Shown here one piece after another: positions 31,608-40,459 of a stretch of DNA of 64,000 nucleotides. How positions within the stretch are numbered: position 1 is the first letter of the stretch; each line of letters starts with the position of its first letter. A program made the translations under genes and the position numbers. Source of the stretch: a virus (Duplodnaviria > Caudoviricetes); the IMG/VR virus record IMGVR_UViG_3300013426_000025, positions 41,702-105,701 of that record; one strand, written 5' to 3'. The notes beneath the pieces are model-generated. The model did no database searches, had not been told where the DNA came from, and saw nothing but the letters and a program-made list of their open reading frames with translations.

Positions 31608-31976
31608 TTATTTTTTTACAGAGACTTCTTTTGCTTTATTTTTGTCTTTATCATCATAAGGTATTCTTTCCATACACTTAAAATTTAAGCACACCTGACC
31701 ATATACAGCAAGCATTTGATTTTTCATAGATGTGATTTCTTGCTGTTGGTCAGACAATTGTTTTTCTAAAAACGCTATCTTGGCTAGTTCTTCATCTATT
31801 CTTTTTTTGTTGTCATCTAAAATACTTTTGTAAAATTCAAACGATTCTTTCATGTTTTTAATGTTTGAATTTTCAACTTCACTGTTATATTTCCTCTTGC
31901 TAAGGAACCAAGATACCAAAGCAGAAATACCAGCAGCAGCAGTACTAATCAGAGTTGTAATTATAACTGTTTCCAT
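31608..31976 (-). CDS. Holin-like/membrane-anchored coiled-coil protein
   Basis: N-terminal TM (ALVSWFLSKRKY) followed by a coiled coil; adjacent to the spanin candidate. Confidence 0.5.
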   Translation of the reverse strand: METVIITTLISTAAAGISALVSWFLSKRKYNSEVENSNIKNMKESFEFYKSILDDNKKRIDEELAKIAFLEKQLSDQQQEITSMKNQMLAVYGQVCLNFKCMERIPYDDKDKNKAKEVSVKK

Positions 31977-32006
31977 ACATAAATAAACACTCTCCCATAC
32001 TTAGCA

Positions 32007-32402
32007 TCATTTAATGTAAATTTTAATTATTATTTTTAATACTGTTAATCCTATCACACAAAGTAACAGAATAAAAAATCCCCAAGTACAAACACTATAA
32101 AATTTAGGTACATACCTAACGATTTGAGTATTTTCAATCTTCCTGTCTTGATAGATTGTATCATGCTTCAATATAAGTTTGTCTTTATATCTGTACTTAA
32201 AAACTTCTTTATAAATTGTATCTTTTGTTCTATCTAAATAAACGGAGTCTCTTTCATAAAAGTACACTGAATCAAGTTTATATTCAGTTCTTATACTGTC
32301 TCTAACTACTTCTATAGGAATACAAGGTTCTTGTACCTTGCATCCTACAAAAGATAGAATATATATTGACAATATGAAAAGGAAATTACTTAATTTTTTC
32401 AT
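32007..32402 (-). CDS. Lipoprotein with C-terminal TM (unimolecular spanin-like)
   Basis: Signal peptide with lipobox FVGC, beta-rich DS/DT repeats and a C-terminal hydrophobic helix. Confidence 0.6.
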   Translation of the reverse strand: MKKLSNFLFILSIYILSFVGCKVQEPCIPIEVVRDSIRTEYKLDSVYFYERDSVYLDRTKDTIYKEVFKYRYKDKLILKHDTIYQDRKIENTQIVRYVPKFYSVCTWGFFILLLCVIGLTVLKIIIKIYIK

Positions 32403-34840
32403 TTGCTTGCAGGTTTTTTATTAGCCTGTTTCCTTTTTATTTCAAAATCTTTAGCAGCCTTATCCTTATCAAAAGCAAGTCTTGCTTTATCCATTTGTTC
32501 AAGATGGTCTTGTTTTCTTGTATCAAGCCTGAGTCTTTCATCCATCTCTTTCATCTTAGCCATCAACTCTTGAGACTTCATTTCAGTATCAACTTGGGAT
32601 AAATCATATCCTTCATTTTGATTATTTGACTGTGCTTGTATTAAAGCAATTTCAATCTTAGTCTCATTATCTCTTTGGTTGATAACATCTTTTGCTTGAA
32701 TTTCAGCCATCTGTGTTTGTTGTTGCATTTGTGCTGCTTCTTGTTGTGCTTGAAGTTGAGCCTGTTGCTGTTGTTGTACTCTTTGTTGTACCTCTTTCTC
32801 ACTGTTTTCAATCATTCTTTGTTTTTCAGCAAGTGAGCAAGAATTATACAATTTCATTAAAGCAGAGAAATCAATTGTTTGATTTTGCATTGCTGCTTGA
32901 GCCAACCCATCAAGTCTTTGTTTCAATTCTTGAGACTGACTACTACTATCTACTACAAGACCATAATCACTTTCAGCAAACTCATCACCATCAATATTCA
33001 TCAAGTACTTAGAATTATCAGGAAGAATGTAATTAAACTTTTTATTTCTTCCTTTCATTGCTATTTTAGCAGTTTCAAGAAAACACTCAAGTACTCTCTT
33101 CTTTACATCATCGTGTGTAAGGAATAGATATTCAGTAATATGAGAGGATTGAAGTGTTGCTCTTTCTACACCACCAACAGTCTCTCTATTAGAGATTTGA
33201 CCTTCTCTCTGCTTACTAATACCTACAAGTTCACCCATCTTAAGATTAATAAACTCAAGTAGGTTAATATATTGTTGTATTATATTACCTTGGTCAGCAT
33301 CAATAACACCTCTTGAAGCATTATTCATACCACCTACAACTTTACCTGTAGCAGCCCCTTTCTTACCTTCATTGAAACTGTTGGTAATATACAAGCCATC
33401 TCTTCTCGCAAAGTATAGCCATTTATCCATTTCCCAAGAATCAGGCTTCTTTGCTAAATCAAGTTCAAGCAATCTACCATAGTTATGTGCTAATGCCTTA
33501 AGAAGTCTGTCTTGTACAGCATCATACAAATAACTATAAGGTTTCATCATATCTACCAAAGAGTAAGGCTTACCATCACAAGTATTGTAAATAGAACCTA
33601 CAATACCAAAATGGCATCTTGAAGGATTACTAAGTCTATTATATTGTATAGGTCTTGGTCTAATATTTACATAAACATCATTACCAATTTTAGTACCTTC
33701 CCATGCTTCATTAATCCACATGGTTTCTTCAGTTTCACCCATTGCTTTATTGCAAATGTAGGTTTCAGGATAAAAGTCATATTGCTCTTCTCCTGTTTCA
33801 GGGTCATAAGATTTTACCTTTTTAACCTTTCTTCTTGATTTCCAAAATACCCTCATAACTCTGATATTACCATTAAAGTCATAAGGAGAAGAAGCCTCCA
33901 TTTCTGATACTTGACCAAAAATTTCTCTTATCTTATCCTTATCTTTGATAACATCAAACTTCATTCCTAAATTAATAAAGCCATTTCTTTCATCAAGATT
34001 ACCATTTTCATCTACATCTCCACCAGATGTACTTTGTACTAATTCTTCTATATATTTTCTATCCTTTTCAGTAAGTACATCATAGTAAGTATCTATAATT
34101 CTCCCAGGGCTCCAATAATCTTCCATCACAATCATATCAGCATCTTCAATATTACTGGAGTAACCTGACCTCATTACTCTTACTTTCATAGGATTGAGTT
34201 TTTCTATAACAGGTTCTCCACCTACTATATCACACATATAGAGTTCTTCACCTGTAATAAGAGCATCCTCAAATCCTTTATTAAACAAGAGTTTAAAATT
34301 GTTTTCCTTACTATAATGATTAAGTAGAGCATTTGCTCTTAACTCCCTGAAATCCTGATATTCATAAGAATAGTATTTACTAAGGTCTGCTATTCTTTGC
34401 TGATACTCATCATCACTTTGAGAAGTATTTTCTACCTCTTGCTGTAATTGCTGTAGTATCAATGCTTTTTTCTGATTCTCTATCTCTGATATTGAATTAG
34501 GATTAGTAACTACAACTCTATAATCAAATACTCTGTCAGACTCTTCTCCTGTAAGAACTCTCAACCTTGGGTTCATTATAGGATAATGTTGTATTTTATC
34601 TGGTACAAATTTTGAATCAAGGTTAGTAGGATTGATGACACTTGCAACATCGCTCATATCCAACTGACCATTATAGAGTTTATAATTTATCTTCTTATGA
34701 ATGACAGAATTTCTAACTGCACTATCAGTCCAAAAAGAATGGTTAGCAGCATAGTCTACACACTCTTTTCTCCATTTCTTACCTTTTTGTGAAAAAGGTA
34801 ATTGTTGGGCAGGAAATTTGTTAGTTAGAATACTATTCAT
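32399..34840 (-). CDS. Portal protein
   Basis: 813 aa; FPAQQLPFSQKGKKWRKECVD, IQHYPIMNP, WINEAWEGTKIG and QREGQISNRETVGGVERA; Q-rich C-terminus; follows TerL. Confidence 0.9.
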   Translation of the reverse strand: MNSILTNKFPAQQLPFSQKGKKWRKECVDYAANHSFWTDSAVRNSVIHKKINYKLYNGQLDMSDVASVINPTNLDSKFVPDKIQHYPIMNPRLRVLTGEESDRVFDYRVVVTNPNSISEIENQKKALILQQLQQEVENTSQSDDEYQQRIADLSKYYSYEYQDFRELRANALLNHYSKENNFKLLFNKGFEDALITGEELYMCDIVGGEPVIEKLNPMKVRVMRSGYSSNIEDADMIVMEDYWSPGRIIDTYYDVLTEKDRKYIEELVQSTSGGDVDENGNLDERNGFINLGMKFDVIKDKDKIREIFGQVSEMEASSPYDFNGNIRVMRVFWKSRRKVKKVKSYDPETGEEQYDFYPETYICNKAMGETEETMWINEAWEGTKIGNDVYVNIRPRPIQYNRLSNPSRCHFGIVGSIYNTCDGKPYSLVDMMKPYSYLYDAVQDRLLKALAHNYGRLLELDLAKKPDSWEMDKWLYFARRDGLYITNSFNEGKKGAATGKVVGGMNNASRGVIDADQGNIIQQYINLLEFINLKMGELVGISKQREGQISNRETVGGVERATLQSSHITEYLFLTHDDVKKRVLECFLETAKIAMKGRNKKFNYILPDNSKYLMNIDGDEFAESDYGLVVDSSSQSQELKQRLDGLAQAAMQNQTIDFSALMKLYNSCSLAEKQRMIENSEKEVQQRVQQQQQAQLQAQQEAAQMQQQTQMAEIQAKDVINQRDNETKIEIALIQAQSNNQNEGYDLSQVDTEMKSQELMAKMKEMDERLRLDTRKQDHLEQMDKARLAFDKDKAAKDFEIKRKQANKKPASK

Positions 34841-34860
34841 ATTTACATATTAATTTTACA

Positions 34861-34891
34861 CAAAATTACATAAAATTTTTCATTTACACAA
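34861..34891 (-). promoter_or_regulatory. Bacteroidota-type promoter upstream of the portal gene
   Basis: ttgt-gtaaatgaaaaattttatg-taattttg. Confidence 0.7.
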
Positions 34892-34929
34892 GTCCCATAA
34901 TAAAATTATATTTATTGCATAATAAAAAA

Positions 34930-37158
34930 TTATATGCTGTCATAAGCCTTAAAGTAGTCATCATCCCATGCTGGGTCTTCAACATCTTCTATTGCTCTAC
35001 TCATATCACCCTCGTACATATCTATGAATTGGCCCCTGTAAAGCATTACTGCACCTAGAGCTCTGATTCTATCAAAGTTCCCAGCAGGATTGTAATCAAT
35101 CAACTCTCTAAGTAATGCTCTATTCTTTAATAGAGCGACATTAGGAACCACTTTCTGTTCAAATTCTCCATCTTCTTGTACTTCTATTGTAATTGGTTTT
35201 AACAACCAGTCTCTTATTAAAGTATCTGCGTAGTTATTGACGGGTTTTGTAGCATTAAAACCTTTTGCTGTATTGCCAAAACCTCTTGTTTTTATTATCT
35301 GCTTGTCAAACAAGTACTCTGGAGTATCTGCTAACAAATGGAGACACCTCCTTGTGCTAAAATAAGCATAAGGTCCTTTAATATTATTCTCATACAAACA
35401 GGTAGCATTATAGAATATACACAACTTTCTAGTCAATTCATAAGCATCATCTGCATAGTCAGTTCTTCCTGTGTATTCTGCTACAATTCTATCAGTGAAT
35501 AAATCAAAGACAAACATTGATGATAATGAAGCAGTATCTGCTTGGTCATTGTTAACAGGGTCTAAACCTACAATATATCTATTGTAAGGTATCTTACCAG
35601 AAGCATCTTTTTGAGGCATATTATATATTTCTAACGCTCCTTTATCCTTATTGTCTTGTAAGGGATAATTTCTAATTGGCATGTCTGTTGTAGGAGTAAA
35701 TTCTATAGTACCGTCACTTTTTTGAATCAAATTTCCTATATAAATGTCATCAAAAATAGAAGGGGTAGAATCTAATTCACACAATCTTTCTGTCAATTGA
35801 GCAGTTGGGAATATATTTCCTGTAGTCCTTAATATAGCCTCTTGAGGTACAATTGGTACTTCAGCAGTTCTCTTTGTTACTGCATTTAAATCTGTAGAAT
35901 TATACTTTAACTGATTTCTATCTATAATAATTTCGAGTAATGCTTTTGTTACATCAGAATTACCATTATTATCATAACACCCAGACCTGTTTAAATAACC
36001 AGGGAAGAAGAAAGCAAAGTCTTGAGGTGCTTTACCTTCAAAATCATATACATTTTTAACACCATAAACATGGTAACCAGTAGGATGATACATCATCTCA
36101 GACATAGCATAGAAGTCAGATAAATCATCACCAGATGTGCCATAACCAAACAGAAGGCCATATACATCATCTCCATCCTCTACAGAAGGAAGCATATTGC
36201 CCCAGAGTTGTAATAACCTTGGAAAACTGCCTGCTTCCTCTATAATATATAATACACCTCTTGTGCCTCTCAACTTAGATTCATCGTCTTTAGATGTTAC
36301 ACCAACAACAGCATTAAGAGTTCCAGTTCTTGCTCCTGTTATAAGGTCTTGAGAACCCATAATCCATTGCATATTCTGTAATGTACTTATGAGTCTTTTT
36401 CTTGGGAATTGTGTTGTTTTTGCCAAAAAGTCTATATCATATAAGAATTTATCCAAAGTTTGGTCGCCACCTGTCAAATATCCTTTTGACGCTGCTGTGG
36501 CATAACAAGTAACTTTTTGATTAACCTCCCAGGATTCTCCTGCCACAAATCTTTTAGAAAGCATTGCAGCAGCACAAAACGATTTTCCCTTATGTCTTGA
36601 TGCTAATTCTAGTGCGTGCTTGCCACTATTTCTTGCTTGTTCTAAATAGTGAAATTTTAAATAGTGTCCATCCCATACCGAAGGAAAACTTAACACACGA
36701 TTTGCTCTTTTCTTATTTTTGTCTTGTTTTTGTGCTACAAGCATAGGACAATAGTTGAGAAAGAAATAGTAATCACCTGGAATCCACTCTCCATCACTTT
36801 CTCTTACATACCCATTATAGCACCTATTTAATTCTTCTTTAAACCATTTACCAAACTCGCTATTAGGATTATTGTTGGGTCTAAGTTTAGTATAACAACC
36901 ATTTTGTTCATAATACCTTGCAGCAGGTCTAAAATAATCCATATCCTCTAATATATGAGGTTGAGTTATATCTACAATAATTTTACCTGTTTTGTCTCTT
37001 TGTAAATCCTTTGCTCTTTTTCTGTCTGCGCTTGTAAGAGTTCTTATGAAAGGTACATTATAAATGAAGTCAAAGAAGGAATCCTGAATCTCTTTTGAAT
37101 ATCTTTCTAGATTCAAGTCTTTAATAGGTGTTTGAAATTCATTACACAATAACTCCAT
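34930..37158 (-). CDS. terL: Terminase large subunit
   Basis: Walker A-like LASRHKGKS, Walker B YIIEEAG, FGYGTSG, nuclease motifs YIVGLDP and GNFDRIRALG. Confidence 0.9.
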   Translation of the reverse strand: MELLCNEFQTPIKDLNLERYSKEIQDSFFDFIYNVPFIRTLTSADRKRAKDLQRDKTGKIIVDITQPHILEDMDYFRPAARYYEQNGCYTKLRPNNNPNSEFGKWFKEELNRCYNGYVRESDGEWIPGDYYFFLNYCPMLVAQKQDKNKKRANRVLSFPSVWDGHYLKFHYLEQARNSGKHALELASRHKGKSFCAAAMLSKRFVAGESWEVNQKVTCYATAASKGYLTGGDQTLDKFLYDIDFLAKTTQFPRKRLISTLQNMQWIMGSQDLITGARTGTLNAVVGVTSKDDESKLRGTRGVLYIIEEAGSFPRLLQLWGNMLPSVEDGDDVYGLLFGYGTSGDDLSDFYAMSEMMYHPTGYHVYGVKNVYDFEGKAPQDFAFFFPGYLNRSGCYDNNGNSDVTKALLEIIIDRNQLKYNSTDLNAVTKRTAEVPIVPQEAILRTTGNIFPTAQLTERLCELDSTPSIFDDIYIGNLIQKSDGTIEFTPTTDMPIRNYPLQDNKDKGALEIYNMPQKDASGKIPYNRYIVGLDPVNNDQADTASLSSMFVFDLFTDRIVAEYTGRTDYADDAYELTRKLCIFYNATCLYENNIKGPYAYFSTRRCLHLLADTPEYLFDKQIIKTRGFGNTAKGFNATKPVNNYADTLIRDWLLKPITIEVQEDGEFEQKVVPNVALLKNRALLRELIDYNPAGNFDRIRALGAVMLYRGQFIDMYEGDMSRAIEDVEDPAWDDDYFKAYDSI

Positions 37159-37164
37159 ATTCTA

Positions 37165-37728
37165 TCACTTAAAGACATTAAAACCATCTTCAAAAACAGA
37201 TTTTCCAGTATCTCCACCACGTGTTCTTCCTGTTTCTTCAATCTCTTTTGTTACCATCTTCTCTGTCTCTTGAAGGTCTTTAACAATGCTTGGTATCTGT
37301 TTAATAGCACTTGCTACAGTATTGATAGGAAACAATAATTTACCTTTATCATCAGTAGCAGTAAAATCAACATCTTCAAGGAACTTACCTAACTTATCTG
37401 CACTCTTTTGTGCCCTCCTTAAAAGTAACAAAGAAGAAGTCATAGTATGTGCCTTATAAGCATCTATCGCTTTCTGTAATTTCTCATCTATCTTAAAATT
37501 CTTAGGCAATCCCTCTTGCTCTATAATAGCCTGTAGTCTCTCATCTTCATCCAATATAAAGTTATAAGATGTTCTAGGGTCTGCCATATTATACAATACT
37601 GAAGCCTGCTGCATAAACCTTTCTTTTGTTTTGCTTCTATCAGAGTTCCATAATTCTCTGATAGGTCTAATCATCATAGCCTCTTCAGTCAACTGTATAT
37701 TATAATCAACTATTTCAATAATGTGCAT
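37165..37728 (-). CDS. Conserved crAss protein upstream of TerL (possible terminase small subunit)
   Basis: Start MHIIEIV; DRSKTKERF and ADPRTSY motifs; synteny. Confidence 0.55.
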   Translation of the reverse strand: MHIIEIVDYNIQLTEEAMMIRPIRELWNSDRSKTKERFMQQASVLYNMADPRTSYNFILDEDERLQAIIEQEGLPKNFKIDEKLQKAIDAYKAHTMTSSLLLLRRAQKSADKLGKFLEDVDFTATDDKGKLLFPINTVASAIKQIPSIVKDLQETEKMVTKEIEETGRTRGGDTGKSVFEDGFNVFK

Positions 37729-37778
37729 ATATAAATAAAATAAGTCCCCACTCATAAAAGCAGGGACTGTTAAACCTA

Positions 37779-38183
37779 TTACTCTGTGATAATTACTTCT
37801 GAACTATCATCAATATCTTCCTCATCAAACTTCTCTACAATGAAGTCTATATCTCTTTCAGTAAGTTTATTATATCTCTTACCGTCAATCATTACTTTTG
37901 GTACTCTATAAGTAACTACATTTTCCTGGCCCATCATGTCATTCTTAATAGAGTTATCTTTATACATAGGTACCATGTAACTCTGTAAATCTATTTTAAC
38001 AAGGTCTCCCTTTTTAACCTCATTACAGGTGTGCCCTACAGCAATTACTTTCTGATAGTCTTTCATGTCACCTTTACGTGCCATTACAATACCATCTTCA
38101 ATCCAATCATCTTCCCAACAATCTTCAGTAACAATTACTGTAGTAAACAAAGGTCTAATCTCTTTTACTACTATTTTTTTCAT
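37779..38183 (-). CDS. GroES/Cpn10-like co-chaperonin
   Basis: IRPLFTTVIVT..KVIAVG..EVKKGDLV..LTERDI pattern of the GroES fold. Confidence 0.6.
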   Translation of the reverse strand: MKKIVVKEIRPLFTTVIVTEDCWEDDWIEDGIVMARKGDMKDYQKVIAVGHTCNEVKKGDLVKIDLQSYMVPMYKDNSIKNDMMGQENVVTYRVPKVMIDGKRYNKLTERDIDFIVEKFDEEDIDDSSEVIITE

Positions 38184-38418
38184 AACTTTCTTGCATATTC
38201 TTTAGTCTGTCAAAAGTACAGTAAAGTTTACCTAAATAAGGTAAACTTACACTGTGCTTATAACTATCATACTCTTCCTCTGTTATCTTTTCTTTAAGTG
38301 GTAAAGATGCAATATGCTGTTTATTAAATTTCCAATATGCCCTATACACTCTAAGAACATAATCATAAGGAAGTCCCAATTTAAGAGATGCCCTCAGTAT
38401 TGTCTGGTTCTTTGTCAT
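38155..38418 (-). CDS. Small HU/IHF-like protein
   Basis: SLKLGLPYDYV..SVSLPYLGKLY. Confidence 0.45.
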   Translation of the reverse strand: MTKNQTILRASLKLGLPYDYVLRVYRAYWKFNKQHIASLPLKEKITEEEYDSYKHSVSLPYLGKLYCTFDRLKNMQESYEKNSSKRD

Positions 38419-38797
38419 ATTTGTAAACAATCAACAACCTAAGTTCCCCTCTTTCAACAGCCTCTCTATCAGGAATTAATTTTGGGGCTATTTTACCACC
38501 AACCATCAAGCCTTTCTTTTTAAACTGAGCAATAGCAACTTGTAATTGTCCTTTACTGATATTGCACTCTTCTATTACTTGAAGTTTGGTAGTTTCATCC
38601 AAAAGTACTCTACTTAAAATAGCCTCATCATTAATCTTTTGACTTAACTCATAATGTTTTCTCAAGAAAACAGCCATAATAGACCTTTCTTTAGCAGTGA
38701 GTTTATGCAACAAAAGATAAGTAGAGTCAAGCCATGCCTCAAAGAATCCTGTAAAAGAAGTCTTTATAGGGATTACACTATCGGCTATTCTATTCAT
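38381..38797 (-). CDS. Conserved hypothetical, probable winged-helix DNA-binding protein
   Basis: 138 aa; LTAKERSIMA and VIEECNISKGQLQVAIAQFKKKGLM helix-turn-helix-like segment. Confidence 0.5.
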   Translation of the reverse strand: MNRIADSVIPIKTSFTGFFEAWLDSTYLLLHKLTAKERSIMAVFLRKHYELSQKINDEAILSRVLLDETTKLQVIEECNISKGQLQVAIAQFKKKGLMVGGKIAPKLIPDREAVERGELRLLIVYKYDKEPDNTEGIS

Positions 38798-38802
38798 ACT
38801 GT

Positions 38803-39108
38803 TTACTTACTTTCCTCCTCAGTATTCTCCTCAGTATTCTCTTCAGGTGCTTTAGGAGTCAATGCTTGAGTAATAACAGAAGTTGCATATTTAACAAACT
38901 CAGGGTCAAATACATCACTGTGCTCAATAACCTTAAAGAAGTAATCAAGTGTTCTATCAGCAAGCAACTGATTCAGTCTTTGAATCTCTTGAGCAGCCTT
39001 TTGAATATTGGTATTATACTGCTCTACCATTGCTTGTACTTTCTCTACTTCAATTGCTTTAGGAGCCTCTTGCTTCTTTTCAACAGTTTTCTTTTTGTTC
39101 TCTTCCAT
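38803..39108 (-). CDS. Hypothetical coiled-coil protein
   Basis: 101 aa, RTLDYFFKVIE motif, acidic tail. Confidence 0.6.
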   Translation of the reverse strand: MEENKKKTVEKKQEAPKAIEVEKVQAMVEQYNTNIQKAAQEIQRLNQLLADRTLDYFFKVIEHSDVFDPEFVKYATSVITQALTPKAPEENTEENTEEESK

Positions 39109-39127
39109 ATTATTTAAAATTTAAAAA

Positions 39128-39349
39128 TTATTCTTCTGGATATTTATGATATTTATTAAAATATAATTCTCTATAACTAAATATATCAGTAATACCTATA
39201 TCAGTTTTACTACAATTCTCACAATAGCAACCTTCATCAGGATTAAAAGCATCAAGACTCACAATGTAAAGTGATAAACAATTCTTGCAGTAATATACAG
39301 GTTCATCATTATACTGACTCTCTATTGAATCTTTGCTTAATTCCCTCAT
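39128..39349 (-). CDS. Small zinc-ribbon protein
   Basis: YNDEPVYYCKNCLSL..YCENCS. Confidence 0.65.
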   Translation of the reverse strand: MRELSKDSIESQYNDEPVYYCKNCLSLYIVSLDAFNPDEGCYCENCSKTDIGITDIFSYRELYFNKYHKYPEE

Positions 39350-39557
39350 AACATTTCTTTTTATAAGTGTTTGTTTCTCTGCTATCTTTACCTCTTGTAC
39401 AGGTATTACCTCTATTATTAAAAGGTCTCTTAGGCACTGTCATATCATTGGGTGCTATATGACCTCTTTTAATTGCTCTCATTATTGATTTGTAAGGACA
39501 ATATCTTATCAATCTCATCAAATTACTGAGTGCAGTAACATCAATATTCTCTTCCAT
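39309..39557 (-). CDS. Small basic hypothetical protein
   Basis: 82 aa, KSIMRAIKRGH and PKRPFNNR. Confidence 0.55.
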   Translation of the reverse strand: MEENIDVTALSNLMRLIRYCPYKSIMRAIKRGHIAPNDMTVPKRPFNNRGNTCTRGKDSRETNTYKKKCYEGIKQRFNRESV

Positions 39558-39578
39558 ACATTCTTCAAGTTTAATTTG

Positions 39579-39649
39579 AGGCTAATGTAGGAATCGAACC
39601 CACAAATGTTGTTTACAATACAACTGTTTTACCATTAAACTAATCAGCC
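39579..39649 (-). tRNA. tRNA-Thr(TGT), slightly atypical
   Basis: GGCTGAT/ATTAGCC acceptor stem, GTTGT-ATTGTAA-ACAAC anticodon arm, GGTTCGATTCC T arm; no encoded CCA. Confidence 0.7.
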
Positions 39650-39660
39650 TGTAGGAGGAT

Positions 39661-40029
39661 TTAATCCTCCTTTTTAGTATTTTTCACTACTTCTTTTTTC
39701 TTATCAGGTGTCTTGGTTTTTTTACCCGCCTTAAAAACCACAACCTTACCATCATCTGTCACAGACATATCTAAGGTTTTACCTTTGAGGATGTCACCAA
39801 AGTTTTTCATAAGATAATCAGACATTTGCTTTAGAATTGAAGCAACTCTGCAAAACCATCCTCTACAAAATCCTGCGAAGTATAGAACAGGATAACCAAT
39901 CAAACAAAATAAACCAGTAGACCATGAAACAAAAAATGCTCCAATAATTGCACCAACAACAATCAAAATGCCTACTACACCAATTACAATGTGTTTAACC
40001 AACTCTTTATTACTTTTCTTCTCTTCCAT
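39661..40029 (-). CDS. Membrane protein inside the tRNA cluster
   Basis: 122 aa, two N-terminal TM helices, basic tail. Confidence 0.65.
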   Translation of the reverse strand: MEEKKSNKELVKHIVIGVVGILIVVGAIIGAFFVSWSTGLFCLIGYPVLYFAGFCRGWFCRVASILKQMSDYLMKNFGDILKGKTLDMSVTDDGKVVVFKAGKKTKTPDKKKEVVKNTKKED

Positions 40030-40054
40030 ATTCTTTATATATTATATAAGTAAG

Positions 40055-40128
40055 CGGGTCAAAGTGGACTTGAACCAATAACCTTCTGATTAACAGTCAG
40101 ATGCTCTAACCAATTGAGCTATTAACCC
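40055..40128 (-). tRNA. tRNA-Asn(GTT)
   Basis: GGGTTAATAGCTCAATTGGTTAGAGCA-TCTGA-CTGTTAA-TCAGA...GGTTCAAGTCC. Confidence 0.85.
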
Positions 40129-40131
40129 TAC

Positions 40132-40244
40132 AATAAACTTCTTAGTCATACTCTCCTAACTTACACTCAGGTCAACTTAATGTACCCAACTGAGACTTGC
40201 ACTCATTCACTCTATGGCTACAACTCTATTGCAAGAAGTTTATT
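40132..40244 (-). ncRNA. Candidate rod-shaped ncRNA (6S-like architecture) between tRNAs
   Basis: 12-bp closing stem aataaacttctt/aagaagtttatt, inner tagccata/tatgacta and ctcag/ctgag stems around a central bubble. Confidence 0.4.
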
Positions 40245-40248
40245 TTAG

Positions 40249-40322
40249 TGACTCCTAAAGGACTCGAACCTTTGACCCACAGCTTAGAAGGCTGTTGCTC
40301 TATCCAACTGAGCTAAGGAGCC
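40249..40322 (-). tRNA. tRNA-Arg(TCT)
   Basis: GGCTCCTTAGCTCAGTTGGATAGAGCA-ACAGC-CTTCTAA-GCTGT...GGTTCGAGTCC. Confidence 0.9.
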
Positions 40323-40396
40323 ATTAAAAAACAGTTAAGATGAACTGAGAAAAGGTATTAAATACTTCACCTTAACCGTTTTTCTTAAAACCAATG

Positions 40397-40427
40397 CAAA
40401 GGTAATACAAATATTTGATATATGCAA
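40397..40427 (-). promoter_or_regulatory. Bacteroidota-type promoter for the tRNA cluster/terminase operon
   Basis: ttgc-atatatcaaatatttgtat-tacctttg. Confidence 0.8.
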
Positions 40428-40459
40428 ATCTTTTGAAAGATTTTTTGCATTTTTAACAT

